Assembly: GCF_008831285.2 (NCBI RefSeq) | Contig: NC_045138.2 | Location: 13,206,001 to 13,270,000 of the forward strand | DNA from: Nymphaea colorata | Lineage: Eukaryota | Direction: 5' to 3' | DNA length: 64,000 nucleotides | Part shown: positions 13,101-25,100 of the stretch, piece by piece | How the letters are laid out: each line of letters opens with the position of its first letter | How positions within the stretch are numbered: the stretch's first letter is position 1 | The notes under the pieces: generated by a model | Database searches by the model: none | What the model saw: only the letters and a program-made list of their open reading frames with translations | Told to the model about the DNA's origin: nothing | Program-made: the position numbers and the translations under genes

Positions 13101-16100
13101 AGGGAGGTCAGTAACACCACTGAATAATAGCATGTCTCATAATTCATAAACCATGAAAGTTCCTTCAGCTGCCAACTGGACGGGTAACGTTGTATTTTCG
13201 ACAAAAAAATTACCTGCAAGAATATTGGAGAATAGTTGCTTGATATCTGTGCTTGTGATGAGCCAGCAACTGAAGAGGTGAGTTGCGATCCAGAAGGTCC
13301 TCGGCCAGGCGAAGAAGATATGTTTCCACCTGAGGATTGTCGGGACAATTCATTCATGCCACTAGTCCCAAGAGCAGTAGGCATCCCCATCCGATCTGAA
13401 AAGGGATGTCCAAATGCAAGCCAATCTTTTTCTACAAGTGCCTGCGACAAAGATAGAACATAGAAATATGAATTTCACATCACAAAGAATAGGACTTCTC
13501 AATTTTCGGTAGCTGAAAGTGATTGCACGTTCAGCAATTGTACTGTTATCACTGTTTATGATAACCCACTTCTAAATCTGAATCAAACATTTCTGTTCGA
13601 ACAGAACTTTTTACCATAAGATAGATATGCAATATGGAACATGGTTTTTCAGGTTGTCTTATACGTGTGTAAGCAAGAGTCATATAATTGATTCTGTTCT
13701 CCAAGTTCCACCAGATAAACACAAAAATTTGTAATTCCATACATGATACATGTGTAAGCAAGAGCTTTATAATCTTTTCTCCAACTTCCACTATAGGTAA
13801 CAGAGAGCAGATTTTTACAGTTTGTTATAGAACATGTAACAACAAATTGGAACTACTATCATTCCATTCAACAACCAATCTAGTGACAGGACTTTCTCCC
13901 TCTTTCTCTCATCCTCTCTCTCAATGTTTATTGGCTCAGCCCGGCCACCTACCAGGTCAATCCAGTAGGGGCATTTGGTTATATCTAAAACTCAAAATGG
14001 TACTCCCAAAACTCTTTTGGCTCAGTACAGTCATGGGTCAAACAAGCCTTCGGCAAGTATGGTTGAGTAAACTAAGGCAACTTTCGTGGTGACTTGGATG
14101 CTTGTAACAAGCCACAGCTCATGTTTGAACCAGGGAGACACATGCATCACAAGCTGGGAGATATGTGTAGCTAACAGACTTCTAGGAAAAAATTTAAGGT
14201 AATAGGGAAAAAATTTAAGTCAATAGGTACGGCACTTTTATGAAGTGGCAAGAATACCATAAAAGGAAATGAGAGAAAGATTTTCTTTCTTTCTTACTCA
14301 GTTGACATCATTAAATAGTTGACATAATCCAATATGTGTTTGTGTGTATAACAAAATTTAATACTGAGGAAACTGTAAGATTTTGAGATATTACGCCAAA
14401 CCGCTGGATTGAATCCTTTGTAGATGCGAGAAGAGAAGAAGAGGAGGTGACTGCATGTGCAATAGAGAGAAGAAAAGAGGGCAGCAACCGTGGCCCTTCC
14501 TCATTGTCATTAATATAACCTAATGTATGCTACAAGTAAATACAGAAAACAACAAGTATTTACAAGTATGCACCGCCCATTATGTTTGGGTATATGGGCA
14601 AGATGGATCGGGTCTGTACAACTATCAATAGGGTGCCGCACACGTTGTGCAAGAGGTTTGATCATGCACAACTTGTTCTTCAATTCCCAGAAATTGTGCC
14701 CTGTGAGCCCCTTGGTAAAAAGATCAGCCACTTGTTGAGACGTGGCTATATAAGTAGGAACAATCTCCGTTTCCTCGACCTTTTGACGAATGAAGTGTTG
14801 ATCAATCTCTATATGCTTAGTGCGATTATGTAGAACAGGATTGAAAGCAATCTTGATCGCACTTTGTTTGTCACAGAATAAAGATGACTGAGCAATGGGA
14901 ATGGAGAGTTCCCCAAGCAGATGACGTAACCATGAGGCTTCAGCTGTGCCTGCAGTCATTGCCCTACATTCTGCCTCAGTGCTGGATCTGACAACTGCAC
15001 GTTGTTTCCTGCTACTCCAACAAATAAGATTAGAATCAAGAAAGAGACAATAACCTGAAACTGATCGTCTATCGTCACCTGCCCAATCTGCATCAGTGTA
15101 GGTGGAAATGTTATGTCCATTCAAAATAGTTGACTGTCTTGTGTAAACGAGTCCATCCCCAAAAGTAGCCTTAAGGTAACGCAAAATGCGTTTGGTAGCA
15201 TCCATATGCCCTTATGTGGGTGCATGCATAAACTGAGATACTTGATTCACTATGTCTAGACGTGTAAAGGTGAGATATTGTAGCATGTCAACTATACTCC
15301 GATAGAAACTAGGATTTGAGTATGCATCACTCCCATCAAAGGCATTCAATTTTGTGTTGAGAACACTAGGACTACTTATGGGTTTGCAATTTGTCATACC
15401 TGCTCTATCCAGAATATCAAGAGTATATTTATGCTGCGTAAGAGTTAATGTGTCACCTTTTCTGACAAACTCAACACCCAAGAAATACCGTAGTTCGCCG
15501 AGATCCTTCATATTGAATTCTTGTTTCAATACCTCCTTAACATGAGATACAAGACATGAAGAATTTCCAGTAAGAACTATGTCATCTACATATATCAGTA
15601 GCTAAGTAGAAACTTCACCCGCATGATATATGAATAAGGAATGATCAAGTGAACTTCGGAGAAAACCAGCCTGCTGTATATGAAAAGAAAATCTATCAAA
15701 CCATGAGTGAGATGCTTGCTTAAGCCCATACAACGATTTTTGTAATTTGCACACCCACTGAGTTGGATCATTGGTAGCATAACCTGGGGGGTGTTCCATG
15801 TATACCTCTTCCTTTAGAAAGCCATGAAGGAAAACATTTTTAACATTCAACTGATATAAAGTTCATCTATGTGAGACTGCAAGAGAGATGATAACACGAA
15901 TCGTTTCCATCTTGATGACTGGACTGAAAGTCTCATTGTAATCTTCCTCACACTGTTGAGTGAAGCCTCGAGCCACAAGACGAGCCTTATATCTATCAAA
16001 TGCTGCCATTGAGTTTGTACTTGAGTCTGTAAACCCATTTTGAGCCCACTACATTCTTACCATCTGGACAAGAAACAATCTCCCAAGTTTGACATTCACC

Positions 16101-19100
16101 CAAGGCAGTCATTTCTTCGTTCATGGCCTCCACCCAATATTTGCTTTTGCATGCATGTTCATAGCATTTTGGCTCCACCTTTTTGCTCAATTCTGTCATA
16201 AAAAGCTGAAAATCCAAAGAGTAACTATCATAACTTACCCATCTATCAATAGGGTGCAGCACACGTTCCGATCTACGTGGATAAGCAGTGACAGTTTCTA
16301 GAGCAGTTGTTGGAACTGATCGTCGAATATACACTACTCCTGAGAACCGAGTAGGTGAAGACATGTTGTTGGTCTGAGTAGATGAAGCTGTGCTGTCCAA
16401 CTGAGTATTTGTGGTTGTCTCGAACTCATCAATAATTCTGTCACTTTGTGCATGGAATGTATCAGCCCCTTGGCCTAATATTTCTGCATTCAGCCATGAA
16501 TCATATACATCATCTCTTACATTAAGTGTTGTTTGTGGCTCCTTTAAATCCTTCAACCTAAGCTCATCAAAAACAACATGTCGTGAAATATACACGCGCC
16601 CAGTCTTTGGATTGTAACATCTATAGCCCTTATAATTTTCTACATAACCCACAAATCTGCACATAACAGTTTGATCTTGAAACTTATTTCTCAAGGAAAC
16701 ATCAACATGTACGTAACAGACACACCCAAAAACACGTAATTCATTATAATTTGGTTGTTCTTGATGTAAAATAAAGAAAGGGGATTTTCCTTCAAGTAGA
16801 GACAATGGCAGTCGATTAATGATATGAACAGCAGTATGAAATGCTTCAGTCCACAAATTCATGGGCAGATCTGTGTCATGCATCATACTTAGTGCACTTT
16901 CAACTATAAGTCTATGTTTTCTTTCAGCAATGCCATTCTGTTGTAGTGCGTGTGGACAGGAAATCTGTCTAGTGATCCCACGATTTAGTAAATACTCAGT
17001 AAAATCATTTGAAATGAACTCACCACTACCATCACATTAGAAATGCACGATATTACTCGAGTATTTGTTTTGGACCAAGGCATGGAATTGAGTGAACAAG
17101 CGAAAAACCTCTGATTTTCTTTTCATGAAATGAATCCAAGTGTAACGGAAATAAGAATCAATAAAAACAACATAATATCTACTCCCGGAAGAAGAAGAAA
17201 TAGGAGCAGGCCCCTAAACATCAGAATATATGGTATCAAATAACTTCGAAGCTCGCTTATTTATTGACTGAAAAGGGAGAGCATGGCTCTTACAAATATG
17301 ACAGCTTGAGCACATGCTAGACTCATTTACTGGACTTAGACTAGACTTTTGTAATAGTCCATCTGCAACAAGACTTTGAATGAAAGACTGACTACAATGT
17401 GCTTAGTGTTAAGTTTGTTCGTACGGGGGATCGGGTCTGTTCAGACCCGATCCACTTCTCTTATATCCACACGCCTAAACATACTAGGCGGTGGCATTCT
17501 TGTAAATGTTCATATATTTTTGTACATTTTGTTGTAACCTGATTAGGTTAATTTTATAATAGAGATTAAGGAACGCAGGGCTGCATTGGCCGACTGCTCC
17601 CTTTCCTCCATTGTCTTCTCTCCTATCCTCTCTTATCAATCTATCTGATTTTCAGACGGAGAGACGTGACTTTGTGAAGATTCTTACATGGTATCAGAGC
17701 CAGGTTGCATCGTCCTCCGGTGAGTGATTTCAGTTTGATGTGATGAGCCCTAATCTGCCCTAAATCCTCTTTTCTGGCGTGGTTATCCCTCATTTCAGTT
17801 TCGGCCCTAAATCTTGCGTGATATGCCCTAATCGATTTGCCCTAATCATTTTGCCCTAATCGATTAGCCCTAATCTGTCGCTGCCCTAAATCTTGCCTCA
17901 CGTCGCCTGCCCTAATCATCTCCTTTTTAGTTATGGATCAGCAGACTCCCTCTCTTCTATCGTCCAGCTTTCTCTCCCAACTTATCTCTCAAAAACTGAA
18001 TCATAGTAACTATTTGACTTGGAAACGTCAAATTGTCCCATTTATTAAAAGTCATAACTCTATGGGCATATCGATGGCACCACTCCAGCACCTCCAAAGT
18101 ATATTGACCGTGAAGTGAAGAAGACCGTAGTGGGAGATCAAGCTGTTGGGGCTTCGTCTGTGAGTGAAATCAGATTTGAATATGAAACTCTAAATGAAAA
18201 CAATTCTGAATATGAAGTTTGGCTGGCTCACGACCAGTCTCTTGTTGCCTATATTACTTCTACCTTGTCAGAGGAGGTATTAGGAGGCATTGATGATGAT
18301 TTAACAGCCCTAGAGTTGTGGTCTACCCTTGCCACAACGTATTCTCAAGTATCGGAGGCACGGTTTCTGCAATTAAGAAGGCAATTTTAGGACATCAAGC
18401 ATGGGACGCGTACAGTTTTGGAATATTTGAATGAAATTAAAAGTGTAAGTGATCAGCTTGTTGTCATTGGACATCCCGTCAACGACAAGGACAAAGTGCA
18501 ACAAGCTTTGAGTGGACTGGGAACAGATTTTGACATTTTTTACACAGCCTTGGAAGTCCTACCTGTCCTCCCATCTTTTGAAAATCTGAAGGCCAAGCTT
18601 TTTCAACACGAAGCTAGTCGTGTTCAGCAACAGAATTTAATTCCTTCCAATAGCCACAATGTACTGATCACAGGGACACATGCATTGCAAGGGAATCGCA
18701 CTCGTCCTTGGACTTCTCAGGCAGGAATGGGAAGAGGGATTCTCCCAACACCACCAGGCATGAATACTACCTCTGTCACATCTAGAAGGGTTCCAACTTG
18801 TTTCTATTGCAACAAGAGGGGGCATGTAACATCAGAATGTTGGCACAACCCTCAGAACAAAAATAATCAGGTTAGGCGTGAGAACAAGGCAGCAGCAGGG
18901 TCAGCTTCATCATCATCTGGCTCAAATCAAACATCAAATTTTTCAGCAGATGTGCAGCAACTTCTCATGACAGCCCTATCTAAGCTCCACTTGAAACAAA
19001 ACGAGCAAGGAGAGTGGTATGTGGACTCTGGAGCAGCAGCCCATGTTACTGGTGACACAGGTAATCTCTCTAGTGTTTTCCCTTATTTAGATCAAGGCTC

Positions 19101-22100
19101 AGTTGTCACGGGAGATGGTTCCCATCACACAATATCGCACATTGGAAATGCACAAATATCTATGGGCTCTTCTTCCATTCCATTAAAGAATGTCATTGTT
19201 GTTCCAAGTGTCAAGAAAAATATTATCTCAGTGTCTAAACTTATTGATGATACTCCTCTGTTGAATTCACACTGTCTTCTGTTTATGTCAAGGATGCTCG
19301 AACCAAGAAAACATTCGCTGAGGGCACTCGCAAAGGAAATATGTATGTCCTTGAAGAAGCTCCACAGCTGTCAAAACCTCACCCTTCAAATTCATGTTTT
19401 CCAAGTCATAGTGAAGTCAATGTCGCACAGTATAATAAGCCATCCATTTGGCATAGTCGGTTAGCTCATTGTAGTCAGTCTTTTGTTCGAAGTCTTGTTG
19501 CAGACGGACTCTTAGATAAGTCCAGTCTACGTTCAGTTAGTGAGTCCAGCATGTGCTCAAGTTGTCATATCTGTAAGAGTCATGCCCTTCCCTTTCAATT
19601 AATAAATAAAAGAGCTTCAAAGGTTTTTGACACCATATATTCCGATGTTTGGGGGCCTGCTCCAATTCCTTCTTCTTCTGGGAGTAGATACTATGTCATT
19701 TTTATTGATTCATATTCCCGATGTACTTGGATCCATTTCATGAAACACAAATCAGAAGTTTTCCGCTTGTTCACTCAATTTCATGCCTTGGTTCGGAATA
19801 AATACTCCAGTAATATTGTGTATTTTCAATGTGATGGTGGTGGTGAATTTATTTCTAATGAATTTACTGAGTACTTACTAGATAATGGGATCACTAGACA
19901 AATTTCATGCCCGCATACACCTCAGCAAAACGGAATTGCTGAAAGGAAACATAGGCATATTGTTGAAAGCGCGCTCAGCATGATGCATGAAACAGACTTA
20001 CCTATGACATTGTGGACCGAGGCTTTTCATACGGCTGTCCATGTTATAAATCGACTGCCATTGGCTTTGTTTGATGGAAAATCACCATTTTTTCTATTAC
20101 ATCAAGGACAACCACATTATGAGTTGCGTGTTTTTGGATGTGTGTGCTATGTGCATGTTGATGTTTCCTTACGAAACAAATTTCAAGATCGTGTTGTTTT
20201 GTGCAGATTTATAGGGTATGCAGAAAACTATAAGGGTTATAGGTGTTATAACCCTAAAACTGGACGTGTACATATTTCACGGCATGTTGTTTTTTATGAA
20301 AGCAGGTTATAGGATTCCAAGGCTACTTCTGTTACAAAAATGAGGTTTATGATACTTGGCTACATGCTGAAATCTTAAGACAAGGGGCAGAAATGTTGAC
20401 TGAGCACAAGGAACAAGCTGTTAATGAGCTCGAGACACTTGTAAGCAGTTCCTCGAACAACACTACTTCCTTGGACAGCATACTTTCATCTTCTCAGCCC
20501 AATGATCCACCTATACATAATCGGTTCTCAGGCCTGGTGTATTCTAGGCGATCAGTTGCTACTGTAGTTCCACGCCAATCACAACGCGTGCGACATCCTA
20601 TTGATAGATGGGTGAGCTATAACAATTTTTCTTTGGATTTTCAGCTGTTTATGACAGAAGTCAGCAAAAAGGTGGAACCAAAATTTTATCACCATGCGAG
20701 TAAGGAAAAATGTTTGGTTGAAGCTATGAATGAGGAAATGGCAGCCTTGCATGAGTGTCAGACTTGGCAGATTGTCCCTCGTCCTGCTGATAAGAATGTT
20801 GTGGGGTCCAAATGGGTTTACAAACTGAAATATAAGCCAGATGGTAGCATTGATCGACATAAAGCACGTCTTGTGGCGCGCGGTTTCACTCGGCAATATG
20901 GGGAAGATTATGATGAAACATTCAGTCTGGTCATCAAGATGGGAACAATACGTATGATTATTTCTCTTGCAATCTCATATGGATGGCATCTTTATCAGTT
21001 AGATGTCAAAAATGCCTTTCTTCATGGGATTCTTAAGGAAGAGGTATACATGGAGCAACCTCCCGGCTATACTACTCATGATCCTCAAAAATGGGTTTGT
21101 AAATTACACAAGTCTCTATATGGGTTGAAGCAAGCTTCTAGATCATGGTTCGATCGGTTTTCTCATCATATACAACAAGTTGGTTTTTTCTGAAGCTCCC
21201 TCGATCACTCCTTGTTTATATATCATACCGGAGAAGCTACCACTTGGTTACTTATATATGTTGATGATATTGTTATAACTGGGAATTCTTCTTCACATAT
21301 ATCTTATGTTAAAGGCATGTTGAAGCAAGAATTCAAGATGAAGGATCTCGACGAATTACGGTATTTTTTGGGTGTTGAACTTGATAGGACGAATGATAGA
21401 TTGAATCTTACACAGCACAAGTACTCTTGATGTTTTGGACAGGGCAGGTATGACTAATTGCAAACCCATAACTACTCCTAGTGTTCTGAACACTAAATTG
21501 ACTGCCTCTGATGGAACTGCTGCATATTCCAATCCTACATTCTATCGCAGCATTGTTGGCATGTTACAATACCTCACTTTTACTCGCCCAGACATAATAT
21601 ATGCTGTAAATCAGATCTCTCAGTTTATGCATGCACCCACCGAAGGACATGCATGCCGCTAAGCGGAACTTACGGTATCTCAAAGCTACTCTTGGCGATG
21701 GACTGGTCTACACAAAATGTCCCAACGTTTCTCTTGGACATAGCATATATACATATACTGATGCAGACTGGGCAGGAGATCCCGATGACCGACGATCAGT
21801 TTCAGGTTTCTCCCTTTTTCTTGATTCTAATCTCATTTGTTGGAGCAGTAAAAAGCAACGTGCGGTTGCACGATCTAGCACTGAGGCAGAGTATAGAGCA
21901 ATGGCTGCAGGGACAACTGAAGCGTCATGGTTACGACATTTGCTTGGAGAGCTCAATCTTCCTATTGTTCAGTCATCATTACTATGTGACAATCAAAGTG
22001 CGATAAAAATTGCCTTCAACCCCATTTTGCATAATCGTACCAAACACATAGAGATTGATCAACACTTCATTCGTCAGAAGGTTGAAGAAGCCGAGATCTT

Positions 22101-25100
22101 GCCTACTAATATATCCACCAGTGAACAGATAGTTGATCTCTTTACCAAAGGACTCACAGGGCAGCATTTTTGGGAATTGAAAAACAAGTTGTGCATGATC
22201 AAATCTCATGCACAACTTGAGGGGGGCTGTTAAGTTTGTTCGTATGGGGGATCGGGTCTGTTCAAACCCAATCCACTTCTCTTATATCCACACGCCTAAA
22301 CATACTAGGCGGTGGCATTCTTGTAAATGTTCATATATTTTTGTACATTTTGTTGTAACCTGATTAGGTTAATTTTATAATAGAGATTAAGGAACGCAGG
22401 GCTGCATTGGTCGACTGCTCCCTTTCCTCCATTGTCTTCTCTTCTATCCTCTCTTCTCAATCTATCTGATTTTCAGACGGAGAGACGTGATTTTGTGAAG
22501 ATTCTTACACTTAGGGCTGCACAACGAGTCGAGCCAACTCAGGCTCGACTCGAACTCGCTTGAAAAAACTAGACTCGAGCTCGACTCATTTATAAACGAG
22601 TCGAGCACGAGTTTAAACTTATACTCGAAACATTAAACGAGTTGAGTTCGAGTTATAAGAATTCGACTCGTTTATGCTCGGCTCAGCTCGATTACTGAAA
22701 ATTGTTTCTTTAATTATGTAAACCGGTTCACCACCAAAACCGATTCACTGATTTAGGTTAAATTTTTTCTTTACTGTTCATTTTTAACCTCTTCGTTCTT
22801 TTGTTTCTCTCTCCCCTCTCTACCGCCCACACCGTCTCACCACCGCACCAATCGCGACCACCACCATCTGTCCGGCAAAGTCCGGCCACTGCTACTTTCA
22901 GGTCTCTGCCAGACTGCTGTTGACTAGTATTTATGCCTATTACCTCTCTCTCACACAAACTCTCAGCCATCGCCTCTTTGCCTCATTTTTTGTAGGTTTT
23001 GGATGGACCAAGGGTGGTGCTTTCTGCCGGTTTTAGAAGAACCCAAAGCTGCAATGCAACAGCAATCTGACCCAACAGAACCAACCCACTTTGCTGCCGT
23101 CGGTATGCCTCAGCCTTTCTCAACCAACACACTTTGCTGCAACCAGTATGCCTCATGCATTCCCTCTCTTATGTGCCTCTTGAGGTCCATATTCGCAGTA
23201 TGTGGATTGTGATTGAAAGCATATCATGATGCTGCAGTTTTCATATGTTTGGTTGGGTGCCGTCTTGATTTATTTGGCATAATATTTGTTTTAAAGTCTC
23301 TCCAAATCTAAGTTCTGAAGCATGCTATCGGCGTGTTTGGATGAAGCCAACTTTGCTTATTCGAGAAAAAATTGTTGTTACAATTAGTTTCATTGTTGAA
23401 ATAGTTTGCTTGTTAAATTGTTCCCCAATCTTGTTTGCATTTTTTATGTTGAACTCCTTGTTTTCATGGTTGTATTGTTCTTGTTGATGTGCAGTTTTGT
23501 GATTAAACGAGTTAAACGAGTTGCAAGCTTAAAAAAACAAGTTAAAACATAAACCAGTTAATCGAGTTAAGGGAGTCGAGCTCGAGCTCGACGCTGTATA
23601 ATCGAGTCGAGCTAGAGCTTGTGTTAGAGAGTTCGGCTCGAGCTCGACTCGGCTCGTGTGCAGCCCTAAATGTGCTAAACGACCATGCCAAATGGGTGGC
23701 TTACCATACTCTGTTATATTGACTTCACTATGACTGGGAAAAGATGAATCTGAAAGACAAGACTTAGACACCTTTGGAGCTTCTTCAATGACGTACATGT
23801 CTCCTTTGCGAACACCCTCAGCGAATGTCTTCATGGTTCGAGCATCCTTGACATAAACAGAAGGAGTAAACTCAACAGAGGAATGAGTATCGTCAATAAG
23901 GTTTGACACAGAAATATTATTTTTCTTAACATTTGGAACAACAAGAACATTCTTTAAAGATATGGAGGAATGAGCCATGGATATGTGTGCATTTCCAATA
24001 TATGATATTTTGTGATGGGAACCATCTCCTGTGACAACTGAGCCTTTAGCTAAATAAGGGAGAGCACTAGAAAGCTTACCTGCGTCACCAATCACATAGG
24101 CTGCAGCACCAGAATCCACATACCATTGTCCTTCTTCATTTTGCTTAATATTGACTTTAGACAAGGCTGTCATTAAAATTTGTTGCACATCAGTAGGAAT
24201 GTTTGATGTTGCAATCGTGTTCAATACAGTTGACCCTGCTGCCTTATTGTCACGTCTGACTTGTTTCCCCTTGTTTTGAGGGTTATGCCAACATTCTGAC
24301 ATCACATGACCTCTATTATTGCAATAAAAGCAAGTAGGTATCCTTCTTGGTACATTTGCCTGTGCATTTGTATTTGGCGTTGGAAGAATACCTCTTCCCA
24401 TGCCTGCCTGTGAGTTCCAAACCCTAGGACGGCTTCCTTACAAAGCATGGGTCCTGGTGACTAACACATTGTGACTGCCAAAAGGAAATAATTCTTGTCG
24501 TTGTATACGACTTGCTTCATGTTGAATCAATTTTGCTTTCAGGTCTTCAAAAGAAGGAAGAACAGGTAATACCTCTAAAGCAGTGCAGAAAACATCAAAA
24601 TCTGACCCCAAACCACTCAAAGCCTGTTGTACCTTGTCCTTGTAACTGACTGGGTGCCCAATGATTGCAAGTTAGTCACTGACATTTTTAATTTCATGTA
24701 TGTATTCCAAAACTGAACGTGTTCCTCGCTTGATATCCTGAAATTGTCCCTTGAGTTGTAGAAATCTTGCTTCCAATACTTGAGAATATGTGGTAGCGAG
24801 TACATTCCACAACTCCAATGTTGAAAGATCATCATCAACGCCCGCCAGAACTTCTTCTGACAATGTGGAGGTGATATATGCTACGAGGTATTGATCATGT
24901 GCCATCCACGTTTCATATTCAGGATTAATTTCAACAACAGTTTCTTGAATTTGCCCTGCAGCATTCTTCACCTCTCGCATGATCCATTCGGGTGGCGCAG
25001 GTGTAGTGCCATTGAGATGCCCATAGAGACGGTGACTCTTGATGAAAGGGACTATTTGACGTTTCCAAGTAGATACTAGGGTAGACGATAGCAACCAGAA

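Larger units (their letters stand above)
17407..22509 (+). mobile_element. Ty1/Copia LTR retrotransposon B (5103 bp, structurally full length, ORF disrupted)
   Basis: LTRs 17407-17688 and 22228-22509 (282 bp each, 7 differences). TSD CTTAG at 17402-17406 and 22510-22514. PBS TGGTATCAGAGCC at 17689-17701 and PPT GAGGGGGGC at 22219-22227. Gag-pol starts at ATG 17933: [74 protein letters not shown]. Several stops and frameshifts. Confidence 0.96.

Noticed and set aside
22512..22700. CRISPR-like or satellite array from recurring CTCGAG motifs
   Set aside because: There is no fixed repeat-spacer period; these are hAT subterminal repeats in a eukaryotic context.
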